Below, piece by piece: positions 30,372 through 43,414 of a DNA stretch of 64,000 nt; the first letter of the stretch is position 1; each line of letters starts with the position of its first letter. The notes beneath the pieces were generated by a model. It saw only the letters and a program-made list of their open reading frames with translations. It did no database searches and was not told where the DNA came from. Where the stretch lies: assembly GCF_009914755.1 (NCBI RefSeq), contig NC_060927.1, one strand, 5' to 3'. A program made the position numbers and the translations under genes. Source of the DNA: the human T2T-CHM13v2.0 reference genome, Homo sapiens.

Positions 30372-30919
30372 TTTTTTTTTAATTATACTTCAAGTTTTAG
30401 GGTACATGTGCACAACGTGTAGGTTAGTTACATACGTATACATGTGCCATGTTGGTGGGCTGCACCCAGTAACTCATCATTTAACATTAGGTATATCTCC
30501 TAATGCTATCCCTCCCCCCTCCCCCGTCCCCCCACCCCACAACAGGCCCCCATGTGTGATGTTCCCCTTCCTGTGCCCATGTGTTCTCATTGTTCAATTC
30601 CCACCTATGAGTGAGAACATGCAGTGTTTGGTTTTTTGTCCTTGCAATAGTTGGCTGAGAATGATGGCTTCCAGCTTCATCCATGTCCCTACAAAGGACA
30701 TGAACTCATCATTTTTTATGGCTGCATAGTATTCCATGGTGTATATGTGCCACATTTTCTTAATCCAGTCTATCATTGTTGGACATTTGGGTTGGTTCCA
30801 AGTCTTTGCTATTGTGAATAGTGCCACAATATTGACCCAGCCATCCCATTACTGGGTATATACCCAAAGGATTATAAATCAGGCTGCTGTAAAGACACAT
30901 GCACATGTATGTTTATTGC
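30372..30919 (-). mobile_element. 5'-truncated L1PA (PA3-5-like) 3' end with a 5' inversion (30832-30919 in + orientation)
   Basis: ORF2 C-terminus ALFTIAKTWNQPKCPTMIDWIKKMW and 3'UTR on -; the immediately upstream L1 segment is on +. Confidence 0.95.
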
Positions 30920-31911
30920 ATTGTTTTTTTTTAAGCATCATCTCTTATACTGTGCAGACTGTTTGCTCTTCAGGTAACACCATGGCATATTGATTTATCA
31001 AATTCAACTTCCAGGCCAGGGTTGCTAGTTCTATGGATGTATCGTCTAATGCTGAAATGAATACTACCACATATATGACATTGTTATTACATAAAACAAA
31101 GACCATGTTAACAGTTGCTGCAGTTTTAACTTAAACATCATTATTGCTTGCAGAATATTCAGAGCCTATAAACCACAGTGTGATACATAGAATTCCAACA
31201 AAGGAAAATGGGTTCTTTCCACTTCAATGGCTCAAGTGGCACACCCATGGGATAATAACATTAACATGATTTATATTTTCTGTGGCCTGATGGCTTTAAA
31301 ATTTTAAAACCACATTAAAAAAATAAACTTAGGGATTTGTTTTGTTTGAAATTTGAGGCACTGAGAATCTTTAAAAACTTTTTGTCTTAATTTCAAATGG
31401 GTATTATTCACGTGTATAAAAAGCAACCCTGTGAAAAATGAAGATTTTGGTTGAAAGCGATGCTGCAAATCTGAGCACTCAAAGTGATCGACAGGAAAAC
31501 ATAAAAGGCCAACGCTCAGAGGGGCTTGCCCTGGGTGGATATCACTACCTCTTCCATAGTCCAACCAGAGAAGCTGAAGGTCTCAGCCACTCACCCATTT
31601 AAGACCCTGAATGACATGTTCTTCTGTTGAATGGGCTTCTTTGTAGACTCTTCTTCCCAAGCCATTCTCTATTCTAGGTCAGTATGATCTTACTGTCTCC
31701 TAAACATCTCCCACTGACTCATGACTCTGCACCTGGGACACCCTTTCTACCTCTGTAAAAGTCTCCCACTGTTCACTCCATGACTAACCAACTCAGTTCA
31801 CCCCAATATTACCCAACTACATGACACTGGAGCATATTCTGTCTCACCTAGCATATTGAATCACTAAGCAAATTAATAAATTTCCCTAATAAGTCATTAT
31901 AATACATATCT

Positions 31912-32112
31912 CTGGTGTGGTGCAGAGCCAGTTAAGGCAGGATCCTAAGAGCAGATTGTTAAATTTTGAGGTTTACTGTGAACCAGTGATATTATAGTTA
32001 TAGCTGGAAATTAGCCATGTTGGGAATATTTATACCATAGAAGTTGGTAAGTGCTACAAGTTGCCCTCCCTCCAAAAAAAAGTGTTAGTTGATAAACACA
32101 TAACAGCATATC
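31912..32112. mobile_element. MER63-like hAT-Blackjack MITE
   Basis: gagcagattgttaaatttt..gaaattagccatgttgggaatatttataccatagaagttggtaagtgctacaa. Confidence 0.7.
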
Positions 32113-32287
32113 TTTCTTTAACAGATAACAAAGTTAAAGACTAAAGCCTATCAGCCCTCATGTTCATACTCCACTTGATCAAAAGAGCCAGCATTACAGG
32201 ATAAAAATGAAAATAGAAATTAAGCATCCATATAATGTGGTTGGCAGGGTGCCTACACAGTGTATCATTCAATAAAAGTCAACTGTT

Positions 32288-32318
<31 letters not shown>
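32288..32318 (+). repeat. (ATC)n microsatellite at a MIR 3' end
   Basis: About 10 ATC units. Confidence 0.95.
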
Positions 32319-32504
32319 CTTCTTAGTGGAGAACAAGTGAGGGACACAAATACTTAAAATTACAGTCACTGCTAACTGAATTTAGTCAGTTTTGGTTGAT
32401 ATATATTTTTAAAAAGAAAATGTAGCAAAAACCAAGTCAATATACAAATTCAATAAAACCAAGATATTTTTCACGATTAGAATGTGTGTTTTATATGCCA
32501 CAAG

Positions 32505-32715
32505 AGGATGAGAAATAAAAGTTAGATCTGGATAGTAGTACCATGATTCACTAGCTATGTGATACTTGGCAAGGTAACTTAATCTCTGAGACTTGGCTTT
32601 CTCATTAAATGATAAAAATTATCAAAGCATTATTGGAAGGATTATGGGTATTTTGTAGAAAAAGTGGCTGGCACAGCATCAAGCTCATTGTAGGTGCCTA
32701 TTCAAGGTCAATTTC
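32505..32715 (+). mobile_element. MIR
   Basis: actagctatgtgatacttggcaaggtaacttaatctctgag. Confidence 0.75.
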
Positions 32716-32889
32716 CTTTCCTCCTTGTTTCTTCCTTAGGAAAAAACTTTTTAAAAAGGTCTGTATATCAGGTAAGCTTTGTGAACATTTTACAAAGTTT
32801 TGCCCTTCATTATTTTTAGTTAAATTCTGTTTGAAGCTATATTTGTTTTTCAGGACCAGGAGGTAAAATATGAAACAAATATGATCATT

Positions 32890-33300
32890 ATTATTAATGA
32901 CTGAGATCTCAACGTGGGAGACTGATGTTACCAATAACAGAAAATTGGAAAGTCTAGAGTGTGAGTTGGCTTGAGGGAAATGATGATGAATTGGTTTCAG
33001 ACATACTAAGAGCTCAGAGGACCCTCTGATCTAGGTAACCAGAAGTGTAGGGAGGCAATTCTGAGAAGAGGGTTAAATGTGCAGTTATGAGAGATCACCA
33101 AGGAATAGTTTAATGCCAGGAGGATAGAAGATGACATATGAAGTGCCAAGGAGAATTGTGGAAGACAGACAACAGGCTGCTGGGGAACATTCACCCTAGA
33201 AAGTAGAGGGCTAGGGAGGAGAAGCTGCTGAAGGAAAAATCAAAGGCAGTCATGGAGAATTCAGAGAACCACTGCACAGAAAGAACATGTGCAGTGGAGG
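32890..33300 (-). mobile_element. L2 ORF2-region fragment
   Basis: gatgatgaattggtttcagacatact, gagatcaccaagga, tggggaacattcacc. Confidence 0.55.
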
Positions 33301-33402
33301 TGGTCTGCAGGCATGAGGTTGTATGCATGCCAACAGATACACACCTGTGGATCTACTCATTCAAAAAACTTTGGGATGGGGCTACCAGACCTGGAACGTT
33401 AA

Positions 33403-33640
33403 GCAGGAGTTGGAAAACTTTTTCTGTAAAGGGCCAAATATTATATAAATAAATTACGCTGTGCGGGCACTATGCTTTCTGTCATGATTCAACTCTACTG
33501 TTGCATTGCAAAAGCAGCCATAAAAATACACAACAAATGGTTTTGTTTTGTATTATTCTGGCTATGCTCCAGTAAAATTCAATTAGAAAAACAGAAGCCA
33601 TCTGGACTTGACCCAGAGGTTCTAGTTTGCTGACTGGTTT
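33403..33640. mobile_element. MER58A-like hAT-Charlie MITE
   Basis: caggagttggaaaactttttctgtaaagggcca...aagcagccata...tagtttgctgac. Confidence 0.85.
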
Positions 33641-35254
33641 TAAAGGATCATGAAAGCATTGAAATAGAAGGGCCTATGAAGTCAGGGGGCACATTTGTTT
33701 GGTTCTTTACATAACCCCAGGTGCCTATTAAGGTATCTTGGCACAGATCAATATGTACTTTTCAAATGAGGGTTCACTGACATGGAGAAGTGTTATGAAG
33801 CACATTTACACTATAGTGTAAAGAACTGATAAGTAGGTTTCCATCCAAAGCCATGGCGCATATTCACGTTCACTAGGACCAAAGCCTTGAGTGAGAATAC
33901 TGAAGATAAGACAATTGAATGTGAGTCAGCCAGCGGATTTGTGGAGGGGCAAAGGTAGTTTTCTTGGTAACCCTGCAAAAACAGCAAGTAGGCAATTACC
34001 CACTTCAAGATGCCATATGGGGTCCTGGGGCTCTGAACACGTTAAAATACTGAAGAGGTCATAGTCACTGTGCTATCTGCAAGACCGAAACCCTGGAGCC
34101 AGATTTGTCCTGATTTGGAAACCTTTGGAGCTGCCTTCTCCCCAGCACTCATTGGGCCTCAGAAGATGGCATTTCCTCCAAATCTCAGCAGGACACAGAA
34201 GTGTTAACTGCTCAGCAAGAGCCAAACTCTTTGGAGAGCGCTAATTTGATTAACATACACAGCTCAAGTTATAAAAACCTAATCAAAAAAGTAATGACAA
34301 AACACAATTGATTCTAGAGGGAGTATGTTGTTTTTACAGGAGATGATGATCCTGGTACACGAGGGTCCCACTCTTCTCATTCTTGAGGCAGAGTAGAGCT
34401 GTCTTTGGGTAACCAGGCTTTGGGTGAATATGGGGGAGTTTTGCTTTAGCCCCTAGATTGGACAATTGGGTTCAGGTTTGGGCCAGTTTGAAAGATCCCT
34501 ATTTACTGATTAAAGCTCATAACAATGAAGTTTCAAATGTATTGCATTTTGCAAGTCTTCAGTCCTCACTTTCACGTTTATTGCTACCAAACTGTCAGCT
34601 TGAAAATATTTCATTTCAAGAATCAATATGCATGTCTCTCTTCAGGGTTTGCTATCTGGGAGCTGAGTTTTCTAATGGATATGGAAATTCATTCCTTTGT
34701 CACCCTTACATGCAGTTCTTGCTCACATGGACAGGGTAAGGGGCTCCAGCCACTGTACTCTTATCTGACATGCACAGATAAACAATAATAAATGCTGGGA
34801 ACTTATGCCCTGAGTTTCTCTCTGACACCTTTTCACTTCCCTGCTGAGTTCAACTTGCTGGGCAATAGAAAGCCTCAGGCTCTGTTATTTGGGCAAGGGC
34901 TGGGTTTTCATCACTTTCAGACCCCCAGGATCTGGCTCTTAAATTGCTTATCGAACACCACTGAGACGAGAGGTAGTCCCTGGCTGCCCACCCTCCAGGC
35001 CCACCCAACTCAGAGTTCCACTGCCAGTAGTGCTTGCAGGAAGGTACCTCTAATCTAAATCTAAACAACAACAACAGCAACAAAAACATGTTAACATTCT
35101 CAGGCAACAAAAGTTGTATATAACCAGGCAGATTCTGCAAAAGAGAAGTCCTGAATACCATCAAGATTAGGCCCAGTTTTGTTTTCTAACTTTCTTTTAC
35201 CTCTTCTCTACCCCACAATAAGTCACTTCAACCCTTTGCACAGGGTCTCTCATA

Positions 35255-35345
35255 GTTCATTGAACAAAATTTGTTGGATGGATAGACGTATGGATGGATG
35301 AATGCATGAATGGATGTATGGATGCACAGATGGATAGACAGACAG
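35255..35345 (+). repeat. L2 3' tail with (TGGA/TGAA)n simple repeat
   Basis: tttgttggatggatagacgtatggatggatgaatgcatgaatggatg. Confidence 0.7.
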
Positions 35346-35436
35346 GACCAGGAGAAGGAAAATAAACTAGAAGGCAGTCCATTTTACCCATTCCCAGACT
35401 TTTCATGGCAAGTTAAAATTATCCAGGGATATATTA

Positions 35437-35713
35437 CAGCATTACCCAAAGCAGCTTCCTAGCAACACTGGTCCATAAGATGTTTGGCACATGCATTCTA
35501 AGAAGCTTCGAATGTTTTGGAAAACCCTAAATTCTTTTTGAGAGCCACCATTTACATTAACATATTAAGGGCTCTCTATAAGCATTTGAGCAAAGCTCTC
35601 TAGTAAGCTACATCTAACCCAGTATTTCTCAAATTCAGTTGTTTACAAACTCTCCTTCACGTAACTTTTTAATCTCTTGGAACTAGTGTTCACGTGTTAT
35701 ATTTTAGAAACTG
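35437..35713. mobile_element. hAT-Charlie MITE (MER112-like)
   Basis: cagcattacccaaag..aacactggtcc..taacccagtatttctcaaa..ggaactagtgttc. Confidence 0.5.
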
Positions 35714-36639
35714 ATTTCCGGGTTTTTTCCACATTCATGGTAATTTTCTCTCTAGTGTTCTACTGAGATAGGGACTAGGGGACAAAGGGTGTTGTAGAAA
35801 AATATGTCATAATAAAAACAAATAAAAAACTGTTGTGTTTCCCAAAGACACAGGCATAGTGCATCAACTGCACAGCCATATGGTGAAAAGAGTCAACAAT
35901 TGGCCCCCAGTGTGAACTCAGGCCCTGGAGATCTGGCTGAAATCAAGTTCACGTTTGAATACTGTTTCTTCCTTATTTTAGGGCCAGTTTATTAGTCCTG
36001 GAGAGCTTGTTAGTCCTGGAAATGCTTATATCTGGTTCTGACACCATGCACTTCTTTTGTCTTTCAAGCAAACTAAGTACTAATTGGGTTTTCAAATGCT
36101 AATCAATGAACAACTTTATTTTTCTTCAACAATTCAAACCAAATACAGTGTGAAAACTGCAGGCCAATTGCCTCTGTGCGACTGGGGAGAAATCAATCAG
36201 GCTCTCACCAAAACAAGCTGGTATTTATATTTCTTGATTAGCATTACTTGCTCCTGTTTGGAACGTCTATGTTTGCTCATTTATAACTGCTTCTCAGTCC
36301 TCCACAGTTAGGGACTAGCGTCTTAGTGCTCTCCAGATACTTTTAACCTGCCAAACAGATTTTATGCCTCTGCTGCAAATTATGGTTATTCAAAAGCATA
36401 ACCAATGTACTTCATCCATAAGAAACCTATGAACAAGGTGAAAACCTGAAATTAGGTTGAGATTTCACAGTACTAGACTATTCTAGAAATGTGTAGAGAG
36501 AAGCATCTGTGGAGGACAAAAATCCATTGGCAAGGCCAATATCTCAACAGATAATATTCAATGACCTATGTTAATGATGTGGTGTCTTGGATATCTAAGT
36601 CAAAGCAGTAGTGATTAAATTTGTGAATCTGTGTGTGTG

Positions 36640-36725
36640 TTTCAGTTTGACATTACAGCTTTGAAGACAGATGACAGTCATTCTCAAATATTTGAAGTAC
36701 TATCATGTGGAAGAGAGAGCTTAGA
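36640..36725 (+). mobile_element. L3/CR1 3' fragment
   Basis: tcaaatatttgaagtactatcatgtggaagag. Confidence 0.5.
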
Positions 36726-37309
36726 ATAGGTCACTCTCCTGCTCATAAACCTTTGACAAGCAGAGTTTGCAGGAGAAAGTACCTAGATTTTTTATTTTAC
36801 TATCCTGATATTGACAGTTTTAAGTTTTATTGACAGTTAAATTCATGCTTCATATATCAATATCTCATATAATCATATATCAATAATCTGCCTTGACTGT
36901 CTAGTTAATGGTCTTGGAAAAAAATAGATCATTCCACAAGAATACATTTATTTTTCTATCAAAATTATGTCAGTTTTGGAGTTCTTTTTTAAGTCTCATT
37001 TAAAAATAAATTAAGTCTATAGTGGTATTTCCAGGAAGATCAACCATAAAACAAATTGTTTTACCGATGACAAATTAATATAGAACTCTGCCTATTTGAA
37101 CATATACCTGAAATGCAAAACCACAAATATTCATGTTATGCCAATATACCTAAATCGATGCATATGCTATTGTTCAAGAATAAAATGTAGTTACTTAGAC
37201 AGCTGTCAAAATGATCTGCTAATTTCAATCTAAGAGCAAGAAAATGCCTATGTTACAATTTCCATGACTTGTTATATTAAAAATACTGATACTATTAATA
37301 ACAATTTAA

Positions 37310-37630
37310 AAATAGAGAACCTCCAATGATTCTCACACCATTCAAGACTCTTCAAAATCTACTCGCAACCAATCAGTTCAGTCCTAATTCCCACAACTTT
37401 TCTTTACATTTCTATTTAACGTTGTAAACACATCTTTTTGCTTCCACTAAAACTACACCAAACATAGTCCCATCAACCTGCCCTGTATTTCTCCAAGATT
37501 AGGCTGATTCACATGCACATTAATGTAAGCTCCATGAAAAGAGGGACTCATCTGTCCCCTGCCTGGCCCTATCACCTATAGCAAAGCCTGGCACAAAGCA
37601 GATGCTTAATATATATAGTACATATTTGTG
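37310..37630 (+). mobile_element. L2 3' region
   Basis: aacctccaatgattctc; tgtaagctccatga..agggact; cctggcacaaagcagatgcttaata. Confidence 0.7.
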
Positions 37631-37697
37631 GGCCAAATTGCTAATTTTCTGTAACCATCACAAATGAGTAAACCTTGGTAAATATCAGAAAATCTTT

Positions 37698-37785
37698 CTA
37701 TATATGTGTCTGTATATATATAAATATTACATACATATGTGTGTATACATATATATACACATGTATGGGCATGCAAACACACACT
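37698..37785 (+). repeat. (TA)/(TG)/(CA) low-complexity tract
   Basis: Alternating purine-pyrimidine run. Confidence 0.8.
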
Positions 37786-37839
37786 TGATTATAAGTCCAT
37801 GTGTGGTATAAAAGACACCGGGCACCAGGACTGCAGGGT

Positions 37840-38178
37840 AGCCAACTCCAGGCAGTGCCATTATCAATACATGCGGATCTTTGATAGGTATGCAATACTT
37901 GCAGTACATTTCAGCCTCCAGATAGGATGATAATATGTCATGTTTTCCCTAGTGCTCTTGCTTTTGCCCAGTGAGGGGATTAACACATTTGCAGCCCAGA
38001 TCCAATTTCAAGCCAACTCCAGGTAGTGCCATTATCAACACATGTGGATCTGTGATGGGCATGCAATGGTTACAGTAAATTACAGCCACCAGATAGGATA
38101 ATATGTCAGGTGTTTACTGGTGCTCTTGCTTTTGCCCAGTGAGGGGGGAAATACATTTGCAGCTTAGACCCAATTTCA
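37840..38178. repeat. Tandem duplication, 2 x ~171 bp, about 85% identical, family unrecognised
   Basis: Units start agccaactccagg at 37840 and 38011, both end ccaatttca; aligned by eye. Confidence 0.95.
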
Positions 38179-38263
38179 TCTTACTCTTTTCACCACAATA
38201 AATGGGTGCATAACCATTCCTTTAATGTGGGTATCTTGAACAACTCATGGGGTAGGGGTGTGC

Positions 38264-38710
38264 TGTGATGGTTAATATTGAATGACAACTTGATTGGCTT
38301 GAAGGATGCAAAGTATTGTTCCTGGGTATGTCTGTGAGGCTGTTGCCAAAGGAGATTAACATTTGAGTCAGTGGACCAGGAAAGGCAGACCCACCCTCAA
38401 TCTGGGTGGCACAATCTAACCAGCTACCAGCACGGCCAGAATAAAAGCAGGCAGAAGAACATGAACAGACTAGACTGGTTTAGTCTTCTGGCCTACATCT
38501 TTCTCCCATGCTGGATGCTTCCTGCCCTCGAACATTGGACTTCAAGTTCTTCAGCACTGGGACTCAGACTGGCTTCCTTGCTACTCAGTTTGCAAACGGC
38601 CTATTGTGGGACCTCATCTTGTGATCATGCGAGTCAGTACTCCTTAATAAACTCCCCTTTATATATACATCTATCCTGTTAGTTCTGTCCCTTTAGAGAA
38701 CCCTAATACA
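38264..38710 (+). mobile_element. MLT2A-type (HERV-L) solo LTR
   Basis: TGTGATGGTTAATA start, gaaggatgcaaagtattg, AATAAA, ends ccctaataca. Confidence 0.92.
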
Positions 38711-38719
38711 CGTGGAGAA

Positions 38720-39340
38720 AAAAAAGAATACAAAGTTTCAGTTTTATGAGGTAAATAAACCTAAAGATTTAACATACAGCATGAACACTACAATTAATAA
38801 TGTACACTAAAAATTTGATAAAAGTAGATTTTAGGTATGTATTAGTCTGTTCTCATGCTGCTGATAAAGACATACCCTGGAATGGGTAATTTATAAGGAA
38901 AAAGAGGTTTAATGGACTCACAGCTCCACATGGCTGGGGAGGCCTCACAATCATGGTGGAAGGCAGAAGACACGTCTTACATGGCAGCAGGCAAAAGAGA
39001 ATGAGAGCCAAGCGAAAGGGGAAACCCTTTATAAAACTGTCAGATCTCATGAGACTTATTCACTACCACGAGAACAGTATGGGGGAAACCACCCCCATGA
39101 TTCAAATATCTCCCACCAGGTGCCCCCAACAACATGTGGGAATTATGGGAGCTACAATTCAAGATGAGGTTTGAGTAGGGACAACAGCCAAACCATATCA
39201 AGGTACTTTTACCACAAAAAAACAGGTAATTATGTGAGATTATGGATATGTTAATTTCACTATGTATACAATAAAAGATGTTATATACCTGAAATATATC
39301 CAATATTGTATTAAGAAACATAAAAATAAAATTAAAAATC
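38720..39340 (+). mobile_element. L1MA/L1MB 3' end split by THE1
   Basis: tacaaagtttcagtt..tacagcatg..gtagattttaggta | ggtaattatgtgag..gatatgttaatt. Confidence 0.75.
38838..39200 (-). mobile_element. THE1 (B/C-like) solo LTR
   Basis: Reverse termini tgtattagtc...aaaccatatca; TSD AGGTA (38833-38837 / 39201-39205). Confidence 0.95.
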
Positions 39341-39514
39341 AAGGTTAAAAAATGAAAGAGAAGCCATTTCCACAGAATATGTACATACTGGGGAGCACTT
39401 CTCAGGATACAACTGGAGAAAACCAAACCTTTCTAGCAATATAAACCAGTAGAATATTTGCTTTAAAATGAGCCATGAGCAAATAAATAATCAGAGATTA
39501 AGAAAGGGGGGGTT

Positions 39515-40076
39515 GCCACTGTGGAAGACAGTATGGTGATTCCTCAAGATCTAGAACCAGAAATACCATTTGACCCATCAATCCCATTACTGGGTATATA
39601 CCCAAAGGAATATAAATCATTCTACTGTAAAGACACATGTACACGTATGTTTCTTCCAGCACTCTTTACAATAGCACAGACATGGAACCAACCCAAATGC
39701 CCATCAATGATAGACTGGATAAAGAAAATGTGGTACATATATACCATGGAATACTATGCAGCCATAAAAAGGAATGAGTTCATATCCTTTGCAGGGACAT
39801 GGATGAAGATGGAAGCCATTATCCTCAGCAAACTAACACAGGAACAGAAAACCAAACACCACATGTTCTCGCTCATAAGTGGGGTTGAACAATGAGAACT
39901 CATGGACAGAGAGAGGGGAACGACATACACCAGGGCCTTTTGGGGGGTTGGGGGTGAGGGGAGTGAACTTAGAGGATAGGTCAATAGGTGCAGCAAACCA
40001 CCTTGGCACACACATTCCTATGTAACAAACCTGCACTTTCTCTACATGTATCACTTTTTTTTAAGAAGAAAAAAAA
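39515..40076 (+). mobile_element. 5'-truncated L1PA8-like 3' end
   Basis: ORF2 C-terminus DLEPEIPFDPSIPLLGIYPK..TWNQPKCPS; gaacttagaggataggtcaataggtgcagc; TSD-like aa(g/a)aaag..gggtt flanks. Confidence 0.92.
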
Positions 40077-41413
40077 GTGGGGAGGGTTACAAGTCAAGAA
40101 TGTAGCTCCTGAATGGAAGACAGGGCAAGAATGGTGTGATGTCACAGTGAAGGAGCAGCAGGGGGACAACAATGGAAAACAAAAATCTGGCCAAGATAGT
40201 TTGACTGGTGTATGCCAAAGGTTTTCCCCACCTTTTATTGAAAAGGAAATTGTAAAAGTGTTGTTTCTTGAACAGCTAAATAATTATCATAATCACATAA
40301 TGCATGGCAATAGTTGCTAAGGGTTTGGTCACTTGCAACTAGTCCTTTCATTACCTTTAAAAAGTCCGAGGGTTAAAGAACACTTCCTGGCTATGCCATA
40401 TGGAGGACTTGATGAACCTCTAATTTGATGATCACTCGAACCCAGATTCTGGTGCCTACCCTGGGAAAATAACTTAGACCCCTCAAAAATGCTGTTAACA
40501 TGTTTATGAAGGAAAAGTAAAGTGTTGTGGTAACAATGTACTGTTCGATGGAGAATGAATGTTTTGGCGACAAGAACAAAATGTCCAGAATACAGACTGT
40601 TCACTGAGAGTAAGCATTTGATTCATTTCAGAGCTGGCACAGAGGCTGGCAAACTACACATGCTCACCGTATCAAAAAATATATGCATAGTTATATTTCA
40701 TTCACAAGGGATGAATAAAACTGAACAATTGCACCAAGGAAGATGCTAACTAATACTGCCTAATAAATGTCAGCTAGCACCTGTAAAGCCAAATTGGTAT
40801 AAAAAATTAAGAAGACATTCAGGAGTGTCATGAATTATATGTTAAAATGTAGGATGAAAGACTCTTACTAGAAAATCAAGGATGTCCCTCTCTTCTCTCA
40901 AATGGAATATGTCATTTAAGTTTATCTTTCTGTTTCAAAGCTATCATTGAAGTTCCATTATTGTGACACCTGAGGGTTACAGGTAGACAAGTAATGACAT
41001 GCAGAACTATATCATCTACTCAAAGAGAATATTTTGTATCACCTTGTGCTTAGCCTGATGCTTCTTTCTAGAAATAGATGATGCATGAGACCAGCATTGC
41101 CTTTGCAGGGTCTTAATGCCTGCTATAAAATGAGATAAAAATTTACAGGTCTTCTTGCCAAAATTTTAAAAATTTTCTCCCATACTATTTGTATATGTAC
41201 ACATTTTTATTTGGACCATTAATACAACCAATTTTTTTCCAGGCCCATTTTTAGGGTATGAGAAATGGATTATAATTGGATTTAGTCATAAATCCAATGT
41301 TGTGTGATATCATACCACACCAGACATGTCTGGACTTTGGATTGGATATTGATGGGGTTACAGGTGGTCAATTAAGTGTTCAGAGTCCATTTTTCCTCCT
41401 CCTGAACCTGAAA

Positions 41414-41930
41414 CTGTATTCATCAGGAAATCCAGGCAGGAAAGCAAAACCCACCCAAGTAACGGTAGAAAGAATTTTATACAAGGATACTGTGATGTTT
41501 TGCAGAGCAAGAAGAACAGACACAGAAAGGGATTGTGATCTACAGATCAGCATCTGGAGGAAGCCATCACTAGATCTAGGACTGCAGAGACAAAGGAAGT
41601 AACTGTGTTAGAGGAGTCAAGGAGTGGGCATCTCCAGTGGGCTCTAGAAATCACACTGGAGCTTGGAAGGCATCAACCCTTAGAGGGAGCGACTGGCTGG
41701 TGGGAGATGGAACCAAGGTATCTGAGCAGCTGTTGCTGCAAGTTCTGCCCTACGCAGTGAGAGAGAAAAAGGAAAAAATACCATGGCTTCTCCTTTCCTG
41801 TCCTTCTACATCCTGCTAGTTCTATCTTTGGCTGATATCTATCTTCTTGCTGACAAGAAGGCAGTCAGCGGCCACAAAGCTGAAAGGGTAGCTTGAAGGG
41901 TCAGGTCCCTTATAATGAAGCTGGGGGAAT
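41414..41930 (-). mobile_element. Ancient ERVL-class LTR (LTR40/41-like)
   Basis: tgtatt..caggaaagcaaaacccac..gaattttatacaagga..ggaagccatcac pattern. Confidence 0.45.
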
Positions 41931-42589
41931 GCACAAGAGAAGGAACTGAGGAAACAAGCAAGTGACCAGGGCAGGAATCAAATAAGGATAAAGACACAGG
42001 AGATGCACAGAGGGAGATCAGAATATCTCATGTATTACTGACAAAGCTCTTTGGAGACTGTCGCTTTAATCTGTGAGCCAGCTTGTTCCTTGTAATGCCC
42101 CTCTCAGTTAGATAGATTTACCTATGCTGTACCGGGGCAGAACAGGACAGCAAAGTCCACCCCCTCAGAGGTGGGCAGCTCATTTTGTTGATGTTAGTCA
42201 GAAAGATACAGTTCATAAGATTCCTGACTAATGAATGGAAATTAATTCACTATCTTTGCCAATATCACAGAAATCACCTTCGAGGACTGTAAGTATAAAA
42301 TGATCAGACATTCAATCACAGGTTATAATGTCTGTCACATCAAGACAATGTGCAACCAAAAGCTCCTCTTTAGAAATAAGACAAAATTAGATAATGATTT
42401 TTATAAGGCTTGACTTGGTGTTTCTATGGTGACTGGGGTGGTTGGGGGAAGATGTTCAGAAGCAGCCAAGTCTGAAGAACGTACTAGAGAACTACATTTC
42501 ACAGTGAAAGAAAAGAGGGCCACAGGTTCATTTCATAAGATTGAAGTCCAGGTTTTAGACAATGGGAAGGGAAATGGTCAAAACAGTAC

Positions 42590-42904
<315 letters not shown>

Positions 42905-43414
42905 TGAAAGAATGAGCTAGTGGAGATATGGAGAATGCATTGGAGAAGGAAGATGGAGGGCAGGGGGATTTGCTGGTGGATGAAGAGAAATGTGGGCATG
43001 AAATGGTCAGGCCTGAAAGGGGTGTTAGCTCATGGGAGGTTCTGTTCTTCCAACTTCTCATGGGAGGTTTGTTCCTCATGGTTCTTGCATGAGCCATTCA
43101 TGGTGTCATTTTTCTCTGGGATCATATACCATTTACGCTGTTACTCTTCACTCCCCAAACTGAGAGTAATTAATTATGACATCCCTTTCTAGAGAACTGG
43201 ATGCAGCCTCACCACGCCTCTCAATATAGGATTCCAGAAGCTATTCCCATTCAGTCATATCAACTGTCTAGTGACACAGATTTTAGCTTCTTGATGCCAC
43301 CCACATGTGTCTCCCTTTTGAAAGGACACCTTTGGATTATCTTAATTAATCCTCACTTTCCTGGGACCGCCTCTTCTCCCTCTTGCCCCCTCTTTCACCG
43401 TGTAACATCCCTGT

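Noticed and set aside
32740-32862. Plus-strand micro-exons (32740-32771 and ~32854-32862)
   Set aside because: Splice-like signals next to a MIR with very short lengths and no supporting context; expected by chance.
35992-36030. Short local duplications (ttagtcctgga x2; also ~36809-36885 and 43029-43070)
   Set aside because: 11-13 bp slippage-type repeats that are common in mammalian DNA, with no further structure.
37840-38178. Alpha satellite or tandem C/D snoRNAs
   Set aside because: The 171-bp period is the only alphoid trait and there is no CENP-B box or alphoid sequence. The tggatctgtgatgg start recalls SNORD114-116, but box C is imperfect and there is no terminal CTGA box D.
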